64,000 nucleotides of DNA, from assembly GCF_902713615.1 (NCBI RefSeq), contig NW_024055654.1, positions 310,001-374,000 of the forward strand. Direction: 5' to 3'. The notes below the pieces were generated by a model. The model searched no databases and was not told the DNA's origin. It saw only the letters and a list, made by a program, of their open reading frames with translations. The position numbers and the translations under genes are program-made. Origin of the DNA: Scyliorhinus canicula. Lineage: Eukaryota. Positions 9,898 through 22,089 of the stretch are shown piece by piece (within the stretch, counting starts at the first letter, position 1; the number at the start of each line of letters is the position of its first letter).

Positions 9898-10400
9898 GTC
9901 AGCACCCAGCACCCACCCAGCACCCCGGGGTACCCCACCCAGTACCCTGGGGTGCCCAGCACCCATCCAGCACCCCGGGGTGCTGTCCGGCCTCTGGCCA
10001 CACACCGTGCTGGAGATCGCCGGCCGGGCACTGGCCTTCTGGGGCTACCAGGTCAGCACCCCGGAGTGGCCACACCCAGCACCCGGGGTGCTGTCCTTCC
10101 TCCGGCCACACACCATGCTGGAGATCGCTGGCCGGGCACTGGCCTTCTGGGGCTACCAGGTCAGCACCCCGGGGTGCCCCACCCACCCACCCAGCACCCC
10201 GGGGTGCCCCCCATCCAGCACCCCGGGGTGCTGTCCGGCCTCCGGCCACACACCGTGCTGGAGATCGCCAACCGGGCACTGGCCTTCTGGGGCTAACAGG
10301 TCAGCACCCCGGGGTGCCCCACCCCATCAGCACCCCGGGGTGCCCCTCCCACCCAGCACCCCAGGGTGCACCACACCCAACACCCCAGGGACCCCTCCCC
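9826..10400 (+). repeat. Tandem copies of the last ~24 codons and splice donor of CCNB1IP1 exon 1, with CAGCACCCCGGGGTG spacers
   Basis: Donor copies after 9897, 10051, 10159 and 10299. Confidence 0.92.
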
Positions 10401-10829
10401 CGTCTGCCCGTCGCAGGGTGCTGACGTCTCCCCGTCCTTGGGAGTCAATACCTCCCGCCCCACCCAACAACTCCCCTCGTGCCCCCCTCCCAGGCTACTG
10501 AACCCCTTCCTCCCCAAGCCCCTCCGCTCCCGCCCCCGATCACCCAATAACGGGGAGAGCGCAATTCGATTCTGTTTGTGTTACCGCAGGGGGGAACTGG
10601 ATGACAAAGGGGATGGATCAACGGTAGACAGCGGCACACGGTTTTGCCCCTGTGCCACCTAAAGCACTGGCCTCGGTCATGGGCACCCCCTCCCTGAGTT
10701 GTGGTATTGTTGGTGGGGGAGGTGGGGTGAGGAACGGATATAGGGCAGATTCACGACAGGCCGAGGTTCATACTCTCTCCGGTGTAGGAGAATAAACGAC
10801 AACCCAGAGGAGGAATCTAGTCCACGTCT

Positions 10830-12270
10830 ACTTTGTCAAAACCTTTTATCATCTTACACATGTCAATTAGATCTCCTCTGCTTCTTCTGAACTTGAGACA
10901 GTCTCAGCCTAAACTGCTCATAAGATAAACCCTTCATCTCTGCAATCAATCTAGTGAACCTCCTCTGTACTGCCTCTCACACAACTACATCCCTCCTCAA
11001 ATAAGGGGATCAAAACTGTACTCCAGATGCGGTCTCCCCAATGCCCTGTACAGTTGTAGCAACAACCCCCGACTTTTATACTCTATCCCTCAAGCTATTG
11101 TTATGGGCCAGGGTTTAGAGAACCCCAAAGTGTATCATGGAGTTCACCTGACCCACAACTTTTACTAGATTGTGGTATGAGGAGCACACAGCCCACTCCA
11201 CAGGTGAGGTACAGCAGAAATGGAAAAGTATTTTTTAAAGCAAAACAATGTTTATTCTATGAACTCACCTTTTTAAAACATACAGTGAACATCTTAGCAA
11301 CCATTAATTCAAATACAACCCCCAAAGAATACAACACTAAATAATCCTTTAAGCTTTCCATTTAACATCCATAAGACTTAAAACACCTTTTACCAGAAGC
11401 ACACCAGGTTAAAGTCACTACTGTTATTAGTTTTAAATCACCAGGATTGATTTACAGCCTTTAGATTACAGAGAGAGATTCATACCCCTTCTGTCTGCGA
11501 CTGCAGCTATCTAGCTCTGAAAGGGAAACTACAACACACCCTGCAGCAAACAACCTAAAATGAAAGTAAAAAGCTGACAGACAGCCCAGCTCCACCCACT
11601 CTCTGACATCACTGCAGTAGTAAAAACCCATTTCTTAAAGGTACTCTCACTACAGATATTTATAAACACACCCATTTATAAACACCCATTTTTTTTTTTA
11701 AATTTAGATTACCCAATTATTTTTTCTATTAAGGGGCAATTTAGCGTGGCCAATCCACCTACTCTGCACATTTTTGGGTTGTGGGGGCGAAACCCACGCA
11801 GACACGGGGAGAACGTGCAAACTCCACACGGACAGTGACCCAGAGCCAGGATCGAACCTGGGACCTCAGTGCCGTGAAGCGGTTGTGCTAACCACTAGGC
11901 CACCGTGCTGCCCTTAAAACACCCATTTTTTAAAGGTAGTCACTACAGATATTTATATATACACCCATTTATAAACACCCATTTCTTAAAGGTACTCTCA
12001 CTACAGATATTTGTATACACACCCATTAATCAACACCCATTTCTTAAAGGTACTCTCACATGACATTACAAAGGCTAGAATCCCACTTGCCTTCCATATT
12101 CCCTGCTGTACCGACGTGCTAATTTCCTGCGATTGATGCACGAGTACACCCAGATCCCTCTCCAACGAAACACTTTGAAGTGTCTCTGCATTGATAATAA
12201 ATTGCCTTTCCATCTTTCTGTCCAAAATGGATAACCTCATACTCATCCACGTGAAACTCCGTCTACCACA
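10830..12270 (-). mobile_element. CR1-like fragment interrupted by a solo-LTR-like insert
   Basis: Reverse-strand CR1 RT C-terminal motifs on both sides of 11099-12065. Confidence 0.65.
11099..12065. mobile_element. Solo-LTR-like element with internal 58-bp tandem repeat and a nested SINE (11690-11913, minus strand)
   Basis: TGTTAT...ATGACA termini; repeat ggtactctcactacagatattt...; SINE flanked by duplicated aaacacccatt; TSD of the outer element is imperfect. Confidence 0.6.
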
Positions 12271-12551
12271 TTGGCCCAATCACCTAACCTATCTACAACC
12301 ATTTGTATTATTTCCTCATTGCAAAGGTGTCAACTATCTACCTTATCGATCGATGCTCCTCGTTATTTTATAGACCTCTATAAGATCGCCCCGAAGCCTC
12401 CTACGCTCCAGGAAAAAAGTCCCAGCCCATCCACCCTCTCCTTATCACTCAGACCATCAAGTCCTGGTCGCATCCTCGTAAATCTCTTCCACACTCTTTC
12501 TCGTCTAACAATATCCTTCCTGTCATAGGGTGACCAGACCTGAACGCAACA

Positions 12552-12836
12552 CTGTGGCTTCACCGCGCCAGGGTTCCGGGTTCGATTCCCCGCTGGGACG
12601 CTGTCTGTGCGGAGTCTGCACGTTCTCCCCCGTGTCTGCGTGGGTTTCCTCCAGGTGCTACGGTTTCCTCACACAGTCCAAAGACGTGCAGGTTAGGTGG
12701 ATTGGACTTGCTAAATTGTCCCTCAGTATCCAAAAAAGGTTAGGGGGAAGGGGGTTATTAGGTTACGGGGATAGGGTGGATGTGAGGGCTTAAGTGGGTC
12801 AGTGCCGACTCCTTCTGCACTGTATGTTCTATGTTC
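12552..12836 (+). mobile_element. HE1/V-SINE-like SINE, CR1-type tail
   Basis: B-box GGTTCGATTCC, V-core, tail gttctatgttc. Confidence 0.8.
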
Positions 12837-13217
12837 AGGGATCGCTCACCCCACCCTCCCACATATAGACCACACACAGAACAGACAGTGCAGAAGGAGG
12901 CCATTAGGCCCATGGACGACTTCAACAAGAAGTTATTTAGTTGTCCCGATTCTTGGGGAATGGTTTGAGGGGACTGGTTTGGGGAAGGTGGATAAACACG
13001 AGAGAGTGAGGAAGAGAAGAATGTGGTGTTGGGGTGAGATGGAGAAGGGGGTAGCAGGAGTTGGGCTGAATGGCCTGTTTGGTGGTGGCAGTCCGGTCTA
13101 ATTCGATGATTTCAGTCCAGACGGGTCAGTTAGAGCTGCTTCCACTCTCCCCCCAACGATTCCATGGAATCCAGTCTCCGTTTGGCTGGGGCGAATTTTA
13201 ACCTGCGGTTCTTTCAG

Positions 13218-13548
13218 ATCCACCAGGAGCGGATGTACCAGGAGTCCGCCTACAGCAAAGCGGAGGGCCGGCTGAAGCAGATGGACAAACTCTACACTCA
13301 GCAGCTGCAAGGCAAGGACATGGAGGTGAGCAACAGCCGCAGCGAGGTGTCCTCGCTCAAGAAGATGCTGGAGGAGTACAAGAAGAAGTACAGCGAGGTG
13401 TCGGAGAAGCTGATGGACAGGAACCGGCAGTACCAGAAGCTGCAAGGCTTCTACGACAGCCTGCGCCTGCGCAGCATGGCCATGGTGGGCGGGGGCGATG
13501 CCCCGGCGGCAGTGGGCCCCGCCGGAGCCCTGTACGGCATGCCTTTAG
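13218..13548 (+). CDS. CCNB1IP1: CCNB1IP1/HEI10 coding exon 2 (coiled-coil region)
   Basis: Acceptor ttctttcag|; IHQERMYQE...KAEG.LKQM.K.YTQQ...LEEYKKKYS..SEKLM.RNRQYQKLQG.YDSLRLR; donor TTAG|GTACGA, phase 1. Confidence 0.95.
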
Positions 13549-13870
13549 GTACGAGCGCCGCAGTCACGTCCCACGGAAAACCCTCCTTGGCAACCCGCGT
13601 TCAGTTGCCCGCGCCATTTAGTCAACGTGACCTCGAGTGCTTTCGAGTTCCAGCCCGAAATCCCACCGGCCGTCACGTCCATGTCCTGGAGAAGACTTTT
13701 TTCTATCATCTCTGCTTTCGCCCACTGGAGATGTCAGTGTTCCTCCCCATTACCTGAGAACCGTAGAACCGCAACAGTGCTGTGGGAGGCCGTTCGGCCC
13801 ATTGAGTCTGCAACGACCCTCGAAAAAAGCATCTTACCCAAGTCCACACCCCAACCCTATCCCCGTAACC

Positions 13871-16800
13871 CCACCTAACCTGCACATCATTGGACACTAA
13901 GAGACAATTTAGCATGGCCAATCCACCAAACCTGTATACCTCTGAACACTAAGAGGCAATTTAGCACGGCTAATCCACCTAACCTGCACATCTTTGGACA
14001 CTAAGAGACAATTTAGCATGGCCAATCCACCTAACCTGCACATCTTTGGACACTAAGGGACAATTTAGCACGCCATTCCACCTAACCTGCACATTTTTGG
14101 ACACAAAGGGACAATTTAGCATGGCCAATCCACCTAACCTGCACATCTTTGGACACTAAGGGACAATTTAGCACGTCATTCCACCTAACCTGCACATCTT
14201 TGGACACAAAGGGACAATTTAGCATGGCCAAGCCACCTAACCTGCACATCTTTGGACACTAAGGGACAATTTAGCACGGCCAATCCCCCTAATCTGGACA
14301 TCTTTGGACACAAAGGGACAATTTAGCATGGCCAATCCACCTAACCTGTACATCTTTGGACACTAAGGGACAATTTAAAATGGCGAATCTACTCAACCTA
14401 CACATCTTTGAACACTAAGGGACAATTTAGCACGGCCAATCCAATCCACCTATCCTGCACATCTTTGGAGACTAAGGGACAATTTCACATGGCCAATCCA
14501 CTTAACCTACACATCTTTGAACACTAAGGGACAATTTAGCACGGCCAATCCACCTAACCTGTACGTCTTTGAACACTGAGGGACAATTTAACACGGCCAA
14601 TCCACCCAACCTACTCATCTTTGAACACTAAGGGACAACTTTGCACGGCCAATCCACCTATCCTGCATATCTTTGGAGACTAAGGGACAATTTCACATGG
14701 CCAATCCACTTAACCTACACATCTTTGAATACTAAGGGGCAATTTCACACGGTCAATCCCCCTAACCTGCATATCTTTGGTCACTAAGGGACAATTTAGC
14801 CTTCCAATCCACCTAACCTGCACATCTTTGGACACGAAGGGACAATTTAGCCCGGCCAATCCACTTAACCTGCACATCTTTGGACACAAAGGGGCAATAT
14901 AGCACGGCCATTCCACCTAACCTGCACATCTTTGGACACGAAGGGACAATTTAGCCCGGCCAATCCACTTAACCTGCACATCGTTAGACACTAAGGGACA
15001 ATTTAGCATGGCCTGTCCACCTAAACTGCACATTGTTGGACACTAAGGGACAATTTAGCAGCGTCAATCCACCCAAACTGCACATCTTTGAACACTAAGA
15101 AGTGACAATTTAGCACGGCCAATCCCCCTAACCTGTACATCTTTGGACACTAATGGACAATTTAACACGGCCAATCCACCCAACCCTGTACATCTTTAGC
15201 CACTAAGGGACAATTTAGAACGGCCAATCCACTTATCCTGCGCATCTTTGGACACTAAGAGACAATTTCGCATGGCCAATCCACCTAACCTACACACCTT
15301 TGGAGACTAAGGGACAATTTAGCACGGCCAATCCACCTAACCTACACACCTTTGGAGACTAAGGGACAATTTAGCACGGCCAATCCACCTAACCTACACA
15401 CCTTTGGAGACTAAGGGACAATTTAGCACGGCCAATCCACCTAACCTACACACCTTTGGAGACTAAGGGGCAATTTAGCACGGCCAATCCACCTAACCTG
15501 CACATCTTTGGACACAAAGGGACAATTTAGCATGGCCAAGCCACCTAACCTGCACATCTTTGGACACTAAGGGACAATTTAGCACGGCCAATCCCCCTAA
15601 TCTGGACATCTTTGGACACAAAGGGACAATTTAGCATGGCCAATCCACCTAACCTGTACATCTTTGGACACTAAGGGACAATTTAAAATGGCGAATCTAC
15701 TCAACCTACACATCTTTGAACACTAAGGGACAATTTAGCACGGCCAATCCAATCCACCTATCCTGCACATTTTTGGAGACTAAGGGACAATTTCACATGG
15801 CCAATCCACTTAACCTACACATCTTTGAACACTAAGGGACAATTTAGCACGGCCAATCCACCTAACCTGTACATCTTTGAACACTGAAGGACAATTTAAC
15901 ACGGCCACTCCACCCAACCTACTCATCTTTGAACACTAAGGGACAACTTTGCACGGCCAATCCACCTATCCTGCATATCTTTGGAGACTAAGGGACAATT
16001 TCACATGGCCAATCCACTTAACCTACACATCTTTGAATACTAAGGGACAATTTCACACGGTCAATCCCCCTAACCTGCATATCTTTGGTCACTAAGGGAC
16101 AATTTAGCCTTCCAATCCACCTAACCTGCACATCTTTGGAGACTAAGGGGCAATTTAGCACGGCCAATCCACCTAACCTGCACATCTTTGGACACTAAGG
16201 GACAATTTAACACGGCCAATCCACCTAACCTGCACAGCTGTGGAGACTAAGGGGCAATTTAGCACGGCCAATCCACCTAACCTACACACCTTTGGAGACT
16301 AAGGGGCAATTTAGCATGGCCAATCCACCTAACCTGCACATCTTTGGACACTAAGGGACAATTTAACATGGCCAATCAACCTAACCTGCACAGCTTTGAC
16401 ACTAAGGGACAATTTAGCACGGCCAATCCACCTAACGTGCACATCTTTGGACACTAAAGGATGATTTAGCACGGCCAATCTACCTAACCTGCACCTCTTT
16501 GACACTGAGGGACAATTTAGCACGGCCAATCTACCTAACCTACACATCTTTGGAGACTAAGGGACAATATCGCACGGCCAATCTATCTAACCTGCACCTC
16601 TTTGACACCGAGGGACAATTTAGCACGGCCAATCTACCTAACCTACACATCTTTGGAGACTAAGAGGCAATTTAGCAGGGCCAATTCACCTATCCTGCAC
16701 ATCTTTGGACACAAAAGGACAATTTAGCATGGCCAATCCACCTAACCTGCACATCTTTGGACACAAAGGGACAATTTATCATGGCCAATCTACCTAACCT

Positions 16801-18857
16801 ACACATCTTTGGAGACTAAGGGACAATATCGCACGGCCAGTCTACCTAACCTGCACCTCTTTGACACTGAGGGACAATTTAGCATGGTCAATCTACCTGA
16901 CCTACACATCTTTGGAGACTAAGAGGCAATTTAGCAGGGCCAATTCACCTATCCTGCACATCTTTGGACACAAAGGGACAATTTAGCATGGCCAATCCAC
17001 CTAACCTGCACATCTTTGGACACTAAGAGACAATTTAGCGTGGCCGATCCACCTAACCTGCACATCTTTGGTCACTAAGCAACAATTTAGCACGGCCAAT
17101 CCACCTAACCTGCACATCTTTGGACATTAAGGGACAATTTAGCCTGGCCAATCCCCCTAACCTGCACATCTTTGGACACGAAGGGACAATTTAGCACGGC
17201 CAATCCACCTAACCTGCACATCTTTAGACACTCAGGGACAATTTAGCATGGTCAATCCACCTAACCTGCACATCTTTGGACACTAAGGGACAATTTAGCA
17301 GCGCCAATCCACCCAAACTGCACATCTTTGAACACTAAGAAGTGACAATTTAGCACGGCCAATCCCCCTAACCTGTACATCTTTGGACACTAATGGACAA
17401 TTTAACACGGCCAATCCACCCAACCCTGTACATCTTTAGCCACTAAGGGACAATTTAGAACGGCCAATCCACTTATCCTGCGCATCTTTGGACACTAAGG
17501 GACAATTTCGCATGGCCAATCCACCTAACCTACACACCTTTGGAGACTAAGGGACAATTTAGCACGGCCAATCCACCTAACCTACACACCTTTGGAGACT
17601 AAGGGACAATTTAGCACGGCCAATCCACCTAACCTACACACCTTTGGAGACTAAGGGGCAATTTAGCATGGCCAATCCACCTAACCTGCACATCTTTGGA
17701 CACTAAGGGACAATTTAACATGGCCAATCCACCTAACCTGCACAGCTTTGACACTAAGGGACAATTTAGCACGGCCAATCCACCTAACGTGCACATCTTT
17801 GGACACTAAAGGATGATTTAGCACGGCCAATCTACCTAACCTGCACCTCTTTGACACTGAGGGACAATTTAGCACGGCCAATCTACCTAACCTACACATC
17901 TTTGGAGACTAAGGGACAATATCGCACGGCCAATCTACCTAACCTGCACCTCTTTGACACCGAGGGACAATTTAGCACGGCCAATCTACCTAACCTACAC
18001 ATCTTTGGAGACTAAGAGGCAATTTAGCAGGGCCAATTCACCTATCCTGCACATCTTTGGACACAAAGGGACAATTTATCATGGCCAATCTACCTAACCT
18101 ACACATCTTTGGAGACTAAGGGACAATATCGCACGGCCAATCTACCTAACCTGCACCTCTTTGACACTGAGGGACAATTTAGCACGGTCAATCTACCTGA
18201 CCTACACATCTTTGGAGACTAAGAGGCAATTTAGCAGGGCCAATTCACCTATCCTGCACATCTTTGGACACAAAGGGACAATTTAGCATGGCCAATCCAC
18301 CTAACCTGCACATCTTTGGACACTAAGAGACAATTTAGCGTGGCCGATCCACCTAACCTGCACATCTTTGGTCACTAAGCAACAATTTAGCACGGCCAAT
18401 CCACCTAACCTGCACATCTTTGGACATTAAGGGACAATTTAGCCTGGCCAATCCCCCTAACCTGCACATCTTTGGACCAGAAGGGACAATTTAGCACGGC
18501 CAATCCACCTAACCTGCACATCTTTGGACACTCAGGGACAATTTAGCATGGTCAATCCACCTAACCTGCACATCTTTGGACACTAAGGGACAATTTAGCC
18601 TCGCCAATCCCCCTAAACTGCACATCTTTGGACACTAAGGGACAATTTAGCATGGCCAATCCCCCTAACCAGAAAGCGCAATTCAGCGCGGTCAATCCCC
18701 CTAACCTGGACATCTTTGGATACTAAGGGGCAATTTAGCACGGCCAATCCATCTAACCTGGACATCTTTGGACACGGAAGGGGCAATTTAGCACGGCCAA
18801 TCTACCTATCCTGCACATCTTGGTCACTAAGCGCCAATTTAACATGGCCAATTCACG
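13871..18857 (+). repeat. ~5-kb tandem array of a 52-bp SINE-derived unit (roughly 95 copies) in CCNB1IP1 intron 2
   Basis: Unit ccacctaacctgcacatctttggacactaagggacaatttagcatggccaat equals an internal segment of the local SINE (reverse strand). Confidence 0.95.
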
Positions 18858-18884
18858 TAACGGTGCGGGGGGGAGTGGGATACG

Positions 18885-20165
18885 GACTAGACTGGCTGTG
18901 GAGAGGGGATCAGACTGGGTGTGGAGAGGGGATTAGCCTGGGTGTGGAGGGGGTCTTAGCCTGGGTGTGGAGAGGGGATTAGCCTGGGCGTGGAGAGAGG
19001 ATTAGACTGGGTGTGTAGATGGGATTAGACTGGGTGTGGAGAGGGGATTAGACTGGGTGTGGAGAGGGGATTAGACTGGGTGTGGAGGGGAATTGACTGG
19101 GTGTGGAGAGCGGATTAGACTGGGTGTGGAGAGGGGATTAGCCTGGGCGTGGAGAGAGGATTAGACTGGGTGTGTAGATGGGATTAGCCTGGGTGTGGAG
19201 AGGGGATTAGACTGGGTGTGTAGATGGGATTAGACTGGGTGTGTAGATGGGATTAGACTGGGTGTGGAGAGGGGATTAGACTGGGTGTGGAGAGGGGATT
19301 AGACTGGGTGTGGAGAGGGGATTAGACTGGGTGTGGAGAGGGGATTAGACTGGGTGTGGAGAGGGGAATAGACTGGGTGCGGAGAGGGGATTAGACTGGG
19401 TGTGGAGAGGGGAATAGACTGGGTGTGGAGAGGGGAATAGACTGGGTGTGGAGGGGATTAGACTGGGTGTGGAGGGGATTAGACTGGGTGGGGAGAGGGG
19501 ATTAGACTGGGTGTGGAGAGGGGATTAGACTGGGTGGGGAGAGGGGAATAGACTGGGTGTGGAGAGGGGATTAGACTGGGTGTGGAGAGGGGATTAGACT
19601 GGGTGTGGAGAGGGGATTAGACTGGGTGTGGAGAGGGGATTAGACTGGGTGTGGAGAGGGGATTAGACTGGGTGTGGAGAGGGGATTAGACTGGGTGTGG
19701 AGAGGGGATTAGACTGGGTGTGGAGAGGGGATTAGACTGGGTGTGGAGAGGGGATTAGACTGGGTGTGGAGAGGGGATTAGACTGGGTGTGGAGAGGGGA
19801 TTAGACTGGGTGTGGAGAGGGGATTAGCCTGGGTGTGGAGAGGGGATTAGACTGGGTGTGGAGAGGGGATTAGACTGGGTGTGGAGAGGGGATTAGACTG
19901 GGTGTGGAGAGGGGATTAGACTGGGTGTGGAGAGGGGATTAGACTGGGTGTGGAGAGGGGATTAGACTGGGTGTGGAGAGGGGATTAGACTGGGTGTGGA
20001 GAGGGCATTAGACGGTGTGGAGAGTGGATTAGACTGGGTGTGGAGAGGGGATTAGACTGGGTGTGGAGAGGGCATTAGACGGTGTGGAGAGGGGAGTAGA
20101 CTGGGTGTGGAGAGGGGATTAGCCTGGGTGTGGAGGGGGGATTAGACTGGGTGTGGGGACTGGTT
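18885..20165 (+). repeat. 23-bp G-rich minisatellite (~55 copies)
   Basis: Unit ttagactgggtgtggagagggga. Confidence 0.95.
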
Positions 20166-20265
20166 TAGACTCCACGCACAGAGGGGTGAGATTGGGTGCG
20201 GATAGAGGGATTAGCCTCCGTGCGGCATTAATGAAAATGCTGGTCACACGTTTGTTTCTCACCAG

Positions 20266-20483
20266 CAGGCAGGACCTCCCAGTTCGTTCCGATGGAGAAT
20301 CCCCTGAGGGAGGAGTCCTCCGAGGGTGACTTCCGCCTTCGGCCGTCCTTCTTTGGCTCGCCGGCGCCCGATGGCCCATGGGGCTTTTTCGGCTTCTCTC
20401 CAGGTGAAGACCGGGCTCCACATCATCACCAGCCTCAGGGCCCCAATCCAGGGCCCTCCAGCTCCTTCAAGATGAAGATGTAA
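20266..20483 (+). CDS. CCNB1IP1: CCNB1IP1/HEI10 last coding exon
   Basis: Acceptor tttgtttctcaccag|cag| (20266 or 20269, both in frame with the phase-1 donor); EGDFRLRPSFFGSP...FFGFSP...FKMKM* resembles the HEI10 C-terminus; total ~281 aa. Confidence 0.85.
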
Positions 20484-20757
20484 TGGGCAGAGCGCGGGGC
20501 CGAGCGGTGGATGTTGTGAACCAGAGGGACATCCAGTCTCACTTCAGACGCAACGGAATCTAACCAGCGTGGCTGTCGGTAAACGTTTTGTGCCGGGTGG
20601 TGAGTCGCCTTTTGCTGACGGGCCATAACCTTTTGGTAGCAGCCAGCTCCCCTTGGCCTGTCTCCCCCATCCTCAGTAAGAATCTGTCAGAGCTGAGAAT
20701 CATCCCTCAGGCTGACGGCCTTTCACCATGTTGCTTTGTTCTTTTAAGGGTTCAATG

Positions 20758-20763
20758 AATAAA
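20758..20763 (+). terminator. Candidate polyadenylation signal of CCNB1IP1
   Basis: First AATAAA, ~275 nt after the stop codon. Confidence 0.55.
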
Positions 20764-21072
20764 AGTTTCTCTCTTCCAAGTGAATTCTGGTCTTCTCGTC
20801 ATTTTACCTCCATGTCTGCAAACACCGTCTGCCCTCAAACCATCTCCAGAACCCGCCCAAGGAGGCACAGCATCAGAAAGCTCGGAATGAGGCAGTTCAG
20901 CTCATCCACAGAGGAAGTGCGACCCCTATTCATGCCAGGCCCCTCCTTTTGGCCGCCCCCAGGGACCTGCCGTTTTCTCGTCATGTGCTTTTTGAAACTA
21001 CTTACTGAATCTGCTCCCGAGTGCCTCGTACGGCAGCACACCTCAGCTCAGCACAACAATCAACCTAATCCT

Positions 21073-21460
21073 TTTGAGGAAGGATGTGGAAGCTTTGGAA
21101 AAGGTGCAAAGGAGACTTACCAGGATGTTGCCTGGAATGGAGAGTAGGTCTTACGAGGAAAGGTTGAGGGTGCTAGGCCTTTTCTCATTCAAACGGAGAA
21201 GGATGAGGGGCAACTTGATAGAGGTTTATAAGATGATCAGGGGAATAGATAGACAGTCAGAGACTTTTTCCCCGGGTGGAACAAACTATTACAAGGGGAC
21301 ATAAATTTATGGTGAATGGTGGAAGATATAGGGAGGATGTCAGAGGTAGGTTCTTTACCCAGAGAGCAGTGGGGGCATGGAATGCACTGCCTGTGGAAGT
21401 AGTTGAGTCGGAAACATTCGGGACCTTCAAGCGGCCATTGGATAGGTACATGGATTAGGA
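21073..21460 (+). mobile_element. CR1-like LINE 3' ORF2 fragment
   Basis: KDVEALEKVQRR.TRMLPGM...SYEERL..LGLFS...RRMRG.LIEVYK. Confidence 0.85.
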
Positions 21461-21495
21461 TAGAATTATGGAGTGTAGATTAATTTGTTCTTAAG

Positions 21496-21611
21496 GGCAG
21501 CACGGTAGCATTGTGGATATCACAATTGCTTCACAGCTCCAGGGTCCCAGGTTCAATTCCGGCTTGGGTCACTGTCTGTGTGGAGTCTGCACATCCTCCA
21601 CATGTGTGCGT

Positions 21612-21642
<31 letters not shown>

Positions 21643-21803
21643 ACAGTCCAAAGATGTGCAGGTTGGGTGGATTGGCCGTGATAAATTGCCCTTAGTGTCC
21701 AAAATTCTATGATAATCTATGATTAACCTAGGACAAAAAAAGCAACATAACATTGTGGGCCGAAGGGCCTGTTCTATGCTGTATTTCTCTATGTTCTATG
21801 TTC
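21496..21803 (+). mobile_element. SINE, CR1-type tail
   Basis: Head, B-box, V-core, (TTCTATG)n tail. Confidence 0.85.
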
Positions 21804-22089
21804 TAACCCCTCGAATATCTTCGTGCACTCAGCTCGATCTGCAACAACAACCCATTAGTCTCCGGCACGGAAGACACAGGGTCGCAGCGGAAGGGTGCTT
21901 TTCTGAATGGAAGGCTGTGACTAGCGGCGTTCCACAGGGGGATCAGTTCTAGGACCTTTGTTGTTCGTCATGTATATAAATGATTTGGATGAAAATGTAG
22001 CTGGTCTGATTAGTAAGTTTGCAGACGACACTGAAATTGATGGAGTTGCAGATAGTGAAGAGGATTGTCAGAGGATACAGCAGCACATA

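Noticed and set aside
9898-13217. Intronic snoRNA as hosted by human CCNB1IP1 (SNORD126)
   Set aside because: No convincing box C/D pair with terminal stem seen by eye; an Infernal/snoscan search would be needed
13549-13757. Continuation of the exon 2 ORF as HEI10 C-terminus
   Set aside because: HEI10 similarity ends at the GT donor and resumes at 20266
13871-18857. CRISPR-like array
   Set aside because: Units are contiguous with no unique spacers, derive from a SINE, and there are no cas genes in this eukaryotic context
18885-20165. Telomeric repeat
   Set aside because: Contains GGGATTAG but not (TTAGGG)n; the period is 23 bp
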